Origin: Podarcis melisellensis
Taxonomy: Eukaryota
Length of the DNA: 64,000 nucleotides
Direction: 5' to 3' (one strand)
Assembly (NCBI GenBank): GCA_964234715.1
Contig: OZ174278.1
The first letter of the stretch is position 1. Each line of letters begins with the position of its first letter. The notes under the pieces were generated by a model. That model was not told where the DNA came from and made no database searches. It worked only from the letters and a program-made list of their open reading frames with translations. The position numbers were made by a program, and so were the translations under genes. This document shows positions 1 to 13,500 of this stretch, piece by piece.

Positions 1-47
1 GATGTTCATGTTAGTCACAACCCCCATCCCTGGTAATGATTTCTTAC

Positions 48-184
48 TTTGATTTTTTGTTACATCCCTGATCAGCACCATTGAGACTTGAGTTGATGTC
101 TGTCTCATCCTCTGGCCTTTGCTGCAAATACAAAGCTTTCAAGGGATTCATGGTCCAGTCAAAAAGTGGGTCATACAGAAGCAC
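48..184 (-). CDS. ATM: ATM exon 62 (137 bp)
   Basis: [29 protein letters not shown]; AG/GT boundaries. Confidence 0.95.
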
Positions 185-3100
185 CTGTAAAACAAGGCAA
201 AAAAGTGCAACTAAATGAAGCTAGCTCAATGCCCTAAAAAGGCAGGCAAATAAAGATTCCATGTTTGTAGGAGAATCTTTAGACTGGCAATGTTGTTCAG
301 CATGTGAATTAAATGTTATGATTTGGTCCCATCTTGGTAATAAAACATTTCCATTATTTTAGCAATTGGGCAGTTATAAATGTTCTGTCAACAGCAAATA
401 CAGCTACAGTGAATCTGCTTTTTGAAATACAGAAACTCCTTGTAGAGTTTCCTCTAAGCTGTTTGTGGCCACCTGATAAATGGTAACCTCTAGGTTGAAC
501 TACCATAGTGTGTCATTTGTAAGACTGTCTTCACAAAGTGTGAATACCAACTGTTCAAGACAGCAGTGGCTAGGTTGCTAATGGAAACTGGGTAGAAAAC
601 ATCCTACAACTGTGTTAAAATATTTACAAAGGGTGGGACAGAATTCAGGGCCCTTAATGCTGATCTCAGGATTCTGGTTGGTTCATATATGCATGGACAT
701 TCCCTGAGAAAATAAGGTTCTAGGCTGCTTAGGGTTTTAAAGGTTAACTGCACCACTTCAAAACAAACTGGTAACCAGTGTAATTTGTGTTGTACTACAT
801 GCTGGGAGTCTTGATCCCAAGCCATCCTTCATGTGCAGATGTGTGTGCATGCATGCCACATGCTGGGGCTTGATCATGCCCTCAAATCTAAATAATTTCA
901 GTTGTGTGTTCAAATGGGCTCATATGTCAGTCTAACATCTTTCCCTTCCTTAAAACATTCTGCTCCCTTGAAACAGAAAAGGTTCAGAGCTGCATTACAA
1001 TATTTCAGTAAATCTCCTGTGACAAGTTATAAGTGCTTAAAATACTTATAAACTTTTCGTGTGCCTAACAGTTTAGAATGTTGAAGCAAACTTTTGCACT
1101 AGGAGCTGCCACAGTTTAAATGCCAAAGAAGTTTATGAAAGTTTTAAAATACAAACAATACCTTTCAGCTTTTCATCGACAGCCACAAAAAAGGCTTACC
1201 TCTACAATAGTAAGCAAAGCTTCTTGGGAATTTCTCATAACCACCATAGTTTTTTCACAGCATCTAGAAGACATTTTTAGAACAGTTTTCTAAATTATTT
1301 TCCACTAATAGTTTCAATATACGACAGCATTTTGTTTTTTATAGCTAATGGCAGTGTTTCTTACTGGGTCTCATTAGACCAAAAATAAAAATGTAATGAA
1401 CATGGTTTTCACTGGTTTACACTACAAGCTTGTTCAAAAACCTGAGCTGGTGGAATTCTATTGTAACTTTAACAGTGAAATGCTTAAGAAGCAACTGCAG
1501 TTATATACTATACCTCCTGAAGACTCCTTCTACACCAGTGATGCCCATTCCATCCACTATATCTCTTGTTAGCCTGAAAGGTATGATCTCTGGGGTAGGA
1601 AGGATTTTGCCCTGCTCAAAAGCAACACCTGGCAGAGGAAAAGAGAAACGCAACGTTTTTAAAAGAGTTGTATATACACATAAGAATAATATATGATCCC
1701 TTGTGTTTATACATACCTAGATCAATGTGCACGAGTTCTGCGGTTTGCTCATCTAACAGAATATTCTGTACATGTCTGTCTCCAAGACCAAGTATGTAGC
1801 CAACTGAAAGAAGGAAGTCTCAAAATGAACCCAGAAGCACTTGCCTACATTTCATTTTCCCCCTTTATACATATATCTCACAGCTTCTCTCTGCATTTAT
1901 TTATTCCCCGCCCAACAGGTTTTCCTTGCTTGTAAGGTTCTGAGAAGGTCTATTCTCCTCTTCCAAGCACAGTCTGCCATGTTGCATTAAGTGCTACTCT
2001 GGAAGGTCCCCTAATCTTCAGCAATGGTTTTTCAAGAGGAACAAAGAACTGGTGGGAGGATTGAAATGCTTGGGAACATGCCTAAGGATAGAAAATACAC
2101 CTGAGTGCGGCTCCCTCTCTTTCTCCCATTCACAAAATAAATTAATCCCATGTAGTGCTATGTCACAGTGCCAGTACACTCATGCTGCCATCTTATATTT
2201 AAAGCAGCTACTGTACACTTTTGGGCAGCATAAACCATACCATTTTTAATGATAGTTTACTTTTTAATTATTAAATGGATTAAATCTCAGTAAACTTTCA
2301 CACATGGGTGCATTTTGAAGATGCCAAAACAAGTGGGAGGTGATTCACAGTTAAGTCAACACAGCAAACGAGTAACATTGGCATTTCATTCCCAGTCAGC
2401 TATACACCTGAATGAAAATACCAGTAGAAAAGAAAGCAGCCCTCTAACTGCGCCAAAACTATCAGCCCCAACAATTAAAACTTGTCCCCTGTGATCAAAA
2501 TCTATGTACAATCAACTAAAGCTCATGGAGCACCTTGGAAGAGGAGGACAACACAGCAAGAGTCATTACATTTTAGTTATTAAATAGATTAAGACCTTTA
2601 GCTCTTGTTGAAACAAAACACTATTTTCAATTTGTCTTTATAGTTAGAAAATTATTGAAGTGTGCCAAAAACCAGCCATATTTTTACAGTACCTATTGAT
2701 GAAGTAGCAACACTGCGAGTATATGCCAGCCGTTTCTCAAACCATACTGCTGGATCAAGAAATTTTTCCATACAGAAATAACGAAATACAGGTTGAAAAT
2801 TCTGACATACATCCATAAAGACGTTACATTTCTCCTCAGGATTTTTCCTTTGGGCCTCCTTCAAAGTAAACCATAAACAATTTAAAGATGGGTGTGAAAA
2901 ATACTTGTGTTGCTTATGTACAGCTATACTTGCAGTGAGAACACAACACATAACATTTATGAAGCACCTGCCCTTCAAAATACCAATAGATGTGCAACAA
3001 TTGGGCAAAACTGAAGTGAAGTGTATTAAAGTGGACAGTGTGCTGGCTTAAGGGTGGGGGAGATAAAGGCTCAAATCCCTGCCTAACCTATAAAGTTCAC

Positions 3101-4496
3101 CACTTAACTCTTGGTCAGATATTATCTCTCACCTGAACTGACAAGGGGAGAAGGGAAGCCTGGATGGTTTACTATGAATGCACATCCTCTGGAGGAATGA
3201 ATGGGGGATCCATCTATGAATGGGTGAAGCCCTTCTTCCACCAGGAGAGGCACATGCAACTATGTGATAAGCTTCTGAAGATCTACGCTCAAGTGATTAT
3301 AGAAAGATCTGAGGAGTTGAAATGTCCCCTAATGTAGGGGTCTAGGCTTGTGAAACCGAAGTCAGTCCCTTGGAACAAGGTCCAATACGGACTAAGAAAA
3401 TTGAAGCTCTGGCTGCCTCTCGAGTGTATGTGTATGAAGGTTGAATGCTGGCACCAGGGAAAGGTCTCTTTCACCCCTTTCACATAAAGTACCCAAGCTT
3501 CCTTTCTCTGGATGGCATTAAGGAGGATACGACCCATGGATGGGATGCTCTCTATCTAGCTAGGTCATGTAGGGTGGGTAGTGCCAGACCTGGAATATAG
3601 AAGGAGGATAGAATCTGTAGAATTCTCCTGTCAAAAGTTGCTTCTGTTGAACCTAAAGTATCTAACCTGTAGTTTTGGTGAAGGTAGATGGAGACTTCCA
3701 AGTGGCTGCCCTGCAAATTTTGGACAGTGGGGCATTAGCGGAAAGTGTTTGGGAGGGCAGTTACTGGTTTGTGGGTGTTTTGTTTTTGATTTCTTAAAAT
3801 GTATTTTGTGCTTTTTGATTTATGTTGAAGGGCGGTATACAAATTTGATAAATGAACAAATAAAGCGAAGTAGACAAAAGACCTGGTGAAATGTGCTGTG
3901 ACGTAGCTAGGCCATAAAATCCTGTAATAATTTTATCCTCTTTCTTGTGGCAGCTGTGAAGTTGGCAATAGCCTTTCACTGGCAGACCCGCTCCCCATTC
4001 ATGATGAAAGGTTATTGGGGAAAGTGTGGGATTTGACTTCTTACAGATGTGAACACATCAAAACAGATTGGATGGGTGGGTGTGATGAGAACAGACGATT
4101 TTGTGGTGAGTGTTCATAGCCTTAATCAAAAATAAGGAATATACCGCTAGACACAGCATATCATGCTTGGGAAGGATTTCCTTCTGACTCACCATCATTT
4201 TCCTTTGGCAATCTACGCTGCTATAGTCCTTTGGCCTATATCGTTTGTGAGCACTGCTGTCAGTATTGATGAGGAATTCACCCAGAGGAATCGTTCCTGT
4301 GCACCACTCTAAGACACCGCTCCTCTGCGAAAGGGGAACCACCTTAAGGAATAAGCAGATGTATTAACTGTCATGATTAACCAGTGCTAATTCAAATCAG
4401 ATTCCTTTGTAACCTTAGTTTGAAAACCCATTTTGGAATCATGGGTACAATCTCTAATTTACATTGGAAAATGACCTGTGGAAAGTGAAATAAAAT

Positions 4497-4566
<70 letters not shown>

Positions 4567-7500
4567 CACATGTATTTATAACACTAGCTCCCAGTTTTCA
4601 AACTAGTTTGGCGAGGAGAGGAGATGTTGTGAGAGCAACAAGGTTTGTGTGCAGAAGCTCCAACATTCAGCAGAATCTCAGGTAGTAGCTGCTGTGGAAA
4701 AACTTTGCCCAAGTCCCTAGAGAGTCACTGCCATACTGAGCTAGATGAAGCAATGTTCTGTCTTGATATAAAACAATTTTTTTATGTTGGAGATGAAGGA
4801 TGGGAGCTCAGTGGCAGAGCATGTGAGGTGCATGTAGAAGGTCCTAGATTCAATTCCTGTCACCTCCAGCTTAAAAGATCTCGAGTAGTAAGTCCTAAGT
4901 GCCACTTTCAGAGCTAAATTCAGTAATTATCAGAGCCTATATAAAGGAAGCTTCTTTGGCTGGTGAACCCACATCATGTCTGCAACAGGCTACTTTGATG
5001 GAACAAGAGCAAAACTTGCCTTATATCTGCGGATAGTCAATTTTCTCTTTCTGGTTTCAGTATTTTGCTGAAGCAGAGCATTGCACATCTGGAAAACCTG
5101 CTGCATGACAGCATCCTGTCTCAGGTCATCACGGCCCTTTAAGAGATACAAAAAAGGCAATGGTATAGAAATGGCATCTGCTGAACACTACAACAACTTT
5201 ATGTTATTTATATTTATTTGGAAGTGAGGGAAACTTTTATTCAAAACAAGTATGCAAAGTACTGTAGACTTAAGCAACAGGAAAAGTATCCAGACAATTG
5301 AGCAGTACTGTCACTTTATACTTTGTCTTCTGGGATCACTCAGAAGTTTTGAAATACATTGTACATTTAGTAAATAAGTAAATATATATTTAGAAATGTG
5401 TAAGAACGTATTTCCATGCATTAGGAGCTTATAAATTTCCCACGGTTTTACTTTACAGCAGCTCAGAGAAATAAAACATATCAACTTCCACCAAAGGCAA
5501 GGTTCACACCACAGAACATGGCATAAGTTAAAAACCCAATATTCTACATTCAATTTACAGGTCTCATGGTTTTTAAATCAAAAAAGACACCTCTCTAGCA
5601 CGTGCAACACACAGAACATACCTTGACAAGTTGCCTCCTCTCTTTCCCATCTGATCCAACACAGTCTATTATTTTTGGTAGATTAAGGCCTCCTGCTAAG
5701 CGAAATTCTGGCTTGAATGACCTTATTGTAACCAAATTTTCATACTTCCCACTTGGATCCACCTAAAATCATAAATATATTTAGGCGCTGCTGTATCATG
5801 TTCACCACAATATTACATGTTCACTACAGTACTGATAGCCATTTCTCTGTCTGCTAGAATGAAACATGTGCAGGTTACAGACTCTGCTAACCCAGAAATA
5901 GTACCTTGGGTTAAGAACTTTGCTTCAGGATGAGAACATAAATCTTGCTCCGGCGGTGCGGCAGCAGCGGGAGGCCCCATTAGCTAAAGTGGTACCTCAG
6001 GTTAAGAACAGTTTCAGGTTAAGCACGGACCTCCAGAACGAATTAAGTACTTAACCCGAGGTACCACTGTAATCCCCGCTAATATGACTATGTAAGGATT
6101 ATTACTGAGATAAACCAGTTTCATTTACCTTGATTTCCATGGTGGGTACAACAACATCATCTAGATTCTTTAGCTTGGTGATAGGTTGATCAGAAGGGAT
6201 ATTTATGCCTCCTGCATAAACAACACACAAATTACCTTAAATGCCATTACTAACATTTGTTGCTATAGGAACTCCTGCACACTGGACTTCAAACAATGAT
6301 GAAACTGTTTCTAACATGTCTCTGATATTACAGAAATTATTCTAGATTTTCTAGTGTGGTGCCATCTACCCCTTTGCCTTTCCACTGTGTATCAGACATT
6401 CTCTACTATTTTAACTCTTTTTAATATATCTAATTGTACTATAAATATTACATTGTAAATTGGCCCATGCCCAAATACCAAAATAACCAGAGTACTGCCA
6501 ATTTGCTCTGAGGCAAAGGCTGTTACAGATACCTGCACAAATTGGATACAGTTCACTGGCTAACAAATATCATTACAGTGGTACCTCGGGTTACATACGC
6601 TTTAGATTACAGACTCTGCTAACCCAGAAATTGTACCTCAGGTTAAGAACTTTGCTTCAGGATGATAAAAGAAATCGCACGGCGGCAGTGTGGCGACAGC
6701 CGGAGGCCCCATTAGCTAAAGTGGTGCTTCAGGTTAAGAACAGTTTTAGGTTAAGAATGGACCTCCGGAACGAATTAAGTACTTAACCCGAGGTACCACT
6801 GTATAGCCTATAAATTGCACAGTTAATTTACTTTCAACAAAACATCCTGGAGAAGCAAAACAATATTTTCCAGCTATTTATTACACAGTATGAAACTGAA
6901 GGATTATTGTTGATTTTCAACTCCCACCGCAATTATCCCCATTTTCCATATTCTTACTTCTCTCTGACTTCCAGCGAGTCGCGTCCATGTTTGCTAAAGT
7001 GATATAAGCATTGCAGAGGGCTTCGACATTTGTCACCATATCAGCTCTTTCATGCTTGATGATGTTAATTATATTGCTAGCAGCTTCCATCCGTTCCTAT
7101 CGGTTGAAAAAAGAATACTGGTAAAAGCGAATGTTTTACTTACAATCTGTTGTTGTTTAGTTGTATCCGACTCTTCGTGACCCCATGGACCAGAGCACGC
7201 CAATCTACAATCTACTTTAGATTACAATCTACTTTAGATTAAAACAATTCAGAGCTCTGACAACAAAGGAAGCATTAGGAAACTGGGCCAACTGCTGGTG
7301 GGTAACTTTACTGCAGCCCTGACATTATGAAAAACAGGCCCCAACTACAATACTGTCCATGCAAACACAAGAACCTTGCCGCTCCCCCAGCCTAAAGCAC
7401 CCCAGAAGCAGGTGAATGAAAGTACCTTGTCAAGTTGAGAAGTTTCTTTTGGTGTGTTTTTTGTTTGCCTGCTTCTTGCTTCTTCCGGCTTTGCGAAGAG

Positions 7501-10500
7501 TTCATCCTTGTTGGCATTCACCAATGCCAAGATTATAAACAAAGTGTGATGTGGATGGTCCAGAGAAATTCTAGCTATAAGCTGTTAAGAAATATATTTA
7601 TTTAAAGAGTTATACAACTAGCTTTCTTACTCTGTGATCTGCATATTAAAGCAAGCATCAAAGGTTCAGCAGCAATGCTCAATGATTCAGTTCTATACTG
7701 GACTTCATCTTTCTATACTGGACTTCATCTTTCAAATGCTATTTCTATTTGAATGCGACAATAAACCACGTTTCAGCACTATGTGAATGAGCTTCAATGA
7801 ATTAATCTGGGTTGAAGCCTGGCCATGGGACAGAATTGTTCTTGCAGGCCCTAATGGATGGCCTACAGAGAGTAGGATAGAGGGAATGTTACTTTACTGC
7901 TGTTTTTAAAAAATCTCTCTTCTCTGCAGCTTTCAGTACCACTGACCATGGCCTCCTCCTAGACTGCCTCCATACATTTTTGCCTTTAAACTACCCTCTG
8001 ACCCTCAAATAAAGGGTGGTATATAAAATAAAGAAATAAAATGGAATGGTAATTGGGAGGCCAGTGCTATAGATTCCAGTCCTACCTATGAGACAAAATC
8101 CAGCATTGGGACAGTGCTTTTGCTCCCCTTGCGGATATCCCCAGTGCTATTTAATATCTATATAAAGCTACTGGCGGTTGGCATTAAGAGTATTGGAGGC
8201 AACGTGCCATTAATACACTGAGACTCAGCTCTGTTTCTACATAACATCTGAATAAGGAGAGGCTGTGTGGGTGCCAAACTAGTTCCTGGATGCAGGAAAA
8301 ATTCAGCCCTGTCAAAGGGACAAAACCTCTGAACTAGTTACTGAGGACTGCACATGTGTGTCCTCAGGCTCCTTGACCATGCAGCACTAGGCAGGGGCAT
8401 TTTATTTTATTTTTCTCCAATGCTGGGCAAAGGTGTATGAGACCAGGGAGCCATGAGCAATTACAGAGAAGAAGGGAAAAGCTGGACAAAAGACAGAGGA
8501 GCTGGGGATGGGAAGAGATGGCACAAAGCTCAATGATCAGAAGGAAGGAATCAGGAAGTTTCGTTTCGTTATACAGTAGTCCATTTCTGAGCTGCAAAAC
8601 TGGCTGCAAAAAATGAAATAGCTAAAATCTAACATTGCAACACTGTAAAATCCTTAACACCCAAACTATCTACATGCAAATAAAGTTTGTTTTTGTATTT
8701 TGTTTCTGTGTTTGTTTTGTATTTGCATGTTAAATGAATACAGGGCATCATGGTTGAAGATCAATTACATTAATCAGAATCTGATGAAATCCTTCTGCCT
8801 TGCTTTCCATTCGAGCTGCTAGTTGATACATCAGTGGCAAGAATTTGTAAGAGGGTATTTTCTTTGCCTCCTTCTGTTAAAATAAAATCAGCAAACAAAA
8901 GTAGAAGGTGAGACTGCTTAATAATATAACACAAATTGCATGTATGCTCAGATATCAGTACATCACAATATTTTTTTCTACTTGCTATCAGTGCAAGACA
9001 TTCTTTTTCACAGCAGCACTTTTATCATCCATTTCTCACACATTTTCTCACCAGGTTTTACAAGACAGTACTGTACAAGCTGGGGAATAATGTATAGTAT
9101 TTTAAGATGCAAGCACTGTTTATGACACTGGAGAGTCAGGACTGAGTGCTTCTTCATCCCCTCATTGTGAACTGGCTTTGGCACAAAGATTTTGTCGTGT
9201 ATTAAGCCAAAGTTCCTTGTTACATCTAAACCGGGGAATTCTGACTTAATGTCAGTTAAGAAACTAGGGAAATATACCAGGGGGGAGGAGAGGAGGGCTT
9301 GGCCCTGATGCCTGTTTGCATTTTCACAAAAAAACCATCAAGCCTGAACTGATTGTCTGAACAAGGCCACTGCCTGGCAGTATTTTGCATGGATTGTGAC
9401 TGTGAGGAACCTCAATTCCTATGTATTTATTACAGTGGACAATGAAGCCACTAGATTAGGTAGTTTAGTGGTGTATCCATTACATTACTCCTGTTATTTA
9501 TAAAAATCCTGACATAAGTAAGGAATGATAAGGTAAAAGAGGACTCTGGGGAAAAGAAGCAGAAAGCAGTAATGAAAGATACTACTTCAAAGAGAGACTG
9601 ATGGTGGGTTGATTCACTACATGTTGCACCTACTCCAAGAACCCAGAGTACTGGCTGTGGCGGGTGGGGGAGAAAGCGAGAAAACAAGAAACCTTTCCAC
9701 TCACTCGCCTCTGTGCCTGCTAGATATGTATGTATGGAACAGGTATGCATAGGGCCTAATCATGTAAAATCCAAGGTACATGAGTATGAACTGTACAACT
9801 GATAGCCCACATGATCTGAGACTTAAATGTTTTAGATTTTACATGTGGAAAAACGCACCCACACAGACATCCAGTGCAATTTGCTCCCCAACCTTATATT
9901 TTACTTCACTACAAAGAGGGAATGTATACACAGATGTAATAAAGTTGTATCTTTGTATACACAGATGCAGTAAAGTTACGGTGAGACTAACCTGAATCAT
10001 CACATTGACTTCATAAACACCAGAGTTCTCAAGCCAGAGAGAACAGAGTCGAAAGATCCACATGTCATGCTCTTCCCCACTCAGTAAACAGTTAATGTAG
10101 TTCTCAACAGCTTTGCATAAGAAACGTTTGCGATCCTCTCTCAGTGCGCGAATCGCACCTTCATCAAGTTGTAGTTCCCGCTGAACTCTGACTGTGTACC
10201 TTAACAGAAATTTAGAAATAAGACTACAAATCTAAAATTCATTTACTTATATGCTGACAGACATTGACTTTATAAAAAAGAGAGAGCCTGGGTTCTCCTC
10301 ATTCTCAGTACTTGACCCAATGATTACTTCTATTGGTTTACACAATAAAATGACAGAAGCAGGAAAACTCCTAAGATAATGCTTCATTACTAAGAACATG
10401 CTCACTGTTCCCCAAGAATATACATGCCAAAATACAGCTAGATGAACCCCAACCAGCTGACAGACCTGCCTTAAGTTACTTACTACGAATTGGTGGCATA

Positions 10501-13500
10501 ACATACCTCAGTTAGAGAGGCCTACCTGTTTGTAGGAACTTTGTGCTGCTTTAAGAGGCCAACTTCTTCCTTGGCCTTCCTCAACAAAGCTTGCTTGTTT
10601 TCAAACTCTGATGATTTCATGTAGTTCTCAATTCTTTGATACTGAGTGTCCGAAAAACGAGCAAGGGACAGAAAAGCCTTCATCTTTCCACTTTTGAGTT
10701 CGGTGCTACTATCATCGTTTTGGTTCCCAACAGCTGTTACTGCCTAGAACCAAATGTTATAAAAAACGATAAAACAACAGCCTGGCCATTAAACAACCAC
10801 CATTTAATGAGTAAGCACGCAAATAAGATTTCAAAAATATTTGCAGAAGTTGTTTACCTTTTCCAAGTAATTCTGCATAATGACTGTCGGGTTTTCTAAG
10901 CATGTCTCTGCTAACCAGCTTCCACACAACCTCAGACATTCTGTGTAAATCAGTCGCAGGCTTGGGTCTTGTTTAACCTTAGAAGAATATAATCATGCAG
11001 GTCAGACATACTCACTTGTATATAAAGTGACCTCTCCCCAAGCACTCTTTTATTTTGAATTCCCCTTTCAGTTAAGGTTTTCTGCATATGTTTTGGCCCT
11101 TCACAAATACAAGTATGTCACATATGTTGCCCTTATGTTTCTTCAAAACAAAACAGAAATTTAAACAACGCTGCTACTGTCAAGCTGACATAGGGCAAAA
11201 TGTACCATGTCATCTTCATCCAGTTTCTTAATCATCTCCTTTAGGATACTCAGCGCTAAGCTTTCTTCCTTTTTAGCCCAGAACACTTGTGCTTCCTCCA
11301 GTTGCCACACACATACCCCATGTCCAGCTGGAGTGAACTGTTTGATTTGAAACACTGCTCTTTCTGGAAGCTGGAAAACAAAATGAAGGGAAAAAAATTA
11401 TCTTAAGTTTTGAGATATCATCCATTTCTTCATATTTCTAGAATCCAGTGAAATCTGATACCAATTGTACCTTGTTACAATTACATCCCATCCCTGATCT
11501 AACTGCATGTTCATGTACTTAAATCTTCCAAGAATGATTCAGTATGCAAATCCTATTGCTGGAATGAAATGAAAATTCATTTCCTTTACACCCACGTTAA
11601 AATCTGTACCACTTATAAGCCACAAATAGTTTGTCCTACATTATATGGCTGCAATTTAAGATATGGGATCAGAGTACAGGGGAATCTAGATCTAGTACTA
11701 TTAATCAAATAATTGCATATGGAAGACTGAGCCCAAGATAACAGTATTTAGCCTTAAAGGATCTATTAATTTTATGGCTCATGTAGTGAATTTATGGTTG
11801 TGCTCAAATTCTTAACCAGAAACAGTGTACTGCAAATCACTGATCACAGATTAGTATATTTTGAACCTTCCCTTTTACGCCTCATAACCAGAGGGGCTAT
11901 AGAATGATAAATGGAGTGATTTCCACTCACTTTCACTCCTAAATATACTTTCAATCTGTACAGCACAATTAATGAATAACACACTAAGGCTGGAAGCTAT
12001 TTAGGTGAATTAATCCAGAATAGGAACCTGTGGGCATGTGCAAGTGGTGTCCAGCTTTGAGTAAATAGAAATATATTCGGGCCTATAATTGTATGCTATA
12101 TTATTTCACAGAAAGGACAACTTATTGATCCACTAGAAAGTTTTAAACTACCAAAAAAGGAAAGAGAATTTGCAACTGATGCAATAACAACAACAAAATT
12201 ATGCACTTCTTTTGGGGAATTAAAGAAGGTGACTATATCATGCTGCTGCTCCATAGCTCTTGGTATTGTTAAGGTGCCTAATTGCCAATCAGGCATACTG
12301 CAGAAAATGAGAAAATGCACTTGCCAAAATACAATGGCTTGACTTTCACATTTAAATATTTTTTTGTTTGTTTCCAGGCTAGCAAATGTGACTATAGGAC
12401 ACAGGTAGTGTGTTCTCGAAGCTACAAACATGAGTCTGACCAAACTGCGGGAGGCAGTGGAAGACAGGAGTGCCTGGTGTGCTCTGGTCCAGGGGGTCAC
12501 AAAGAGTCGGACACGACTAAACGACTAAACAACAACAGCGTGGTAACAAGACTAGGGAATTATAATTTCCTAATACATCTTGGAGAATCCCTGGAGTACC
12601 TCTTTAAAAATAATAACATCAATCTATACTTAATATAGCAAATCCGTAAGGGAGAACATCTAGACTGAATTTTAGGGATTTATTTACCTGTGTGTTTTTT
12701 GCCACTCGAGCCAATCTGGACAGCTCCACCAGGTGTTTTGTGAGGATGTCTTTGATGCATTCCCTTTTGGCATTCTCAGTTTCCTTCTCCAGAAGGATCT
12801 TCAGAATTACTGTGCGGAGAGCCATGATAGGTTCCTGAAAACTAAAGTCGCTGTCTTGGAGAAGCTGGGACTGTTTCTGCCACTTCAGATACGTACAATT
12901 CAGCTGGCTGGCAGTAAAAGATCTGAAAAAAAGAAAGCATATGGAAGTGTGTGAGGAATTCTGACTAAATTTTAATAAAGCTGCTTCACGTTGAGTCAGA
13001 TCACTGAGTCTATTTAGTCCAGTATTGTCTACACTGGCTTGCAGTGGCTCTTTGCGATTTCACACTGGTGTTTCTCCCAGCCCTAACTGGAGATCCCAGG
13101 GATGTGAGCTGGGACTTTATGCATGCAAATTAGGTTTGCGGTGAAGGAATGCAGATTCTGATTACCCCATAGGAAAAAATTAATTTCCATGGGTGAAATG
13201 TGTAAATACATCCAGGGTCATAAGGAAGGAAAAAGTAAAGCATTGGTTGGAAAAGAAAAGTACCCAGAGAAAAGTTGTCCTATGCATTCCAACTCTCCAA
13301 TGGTCTGCAGTCTGCAGAGCGTAGGCAGCAATGAATATACAGACTCAAGGCTGCCTTTAGACAGCTCTTCTACTTCCTTGACTCTGCAAATATAAGAAAA
13401 GGATCATTGTAACTTCTGATACCTGCCAAAGCAATTTCAAATCCCACTACACAGTGAGCAGAAGTCAGAAAGGATATCTTGTCAAGCAGCACTTAATAGA

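Noticed and set aside
3290-4050. Compositionally distinct intronic blocks (also about 29220-29740, 56200-56750, 58290-58560) possibly derived from old elements or retrocopies
   Set aside because: No termini, TSDs or protein motifs I could verify by eye; needs a repeat-library or BLAST search.
4795-4880. tRNA-like sequence
   Set aside because: Degenerate SINE head; cannot be folded into a complete cloverleaf.
7691-7733. Short direct duplications (also about 7207-7241, 16851-16896, 19476-19525)
   Set aside because: Ordinary replication-slippage duplications in introns.
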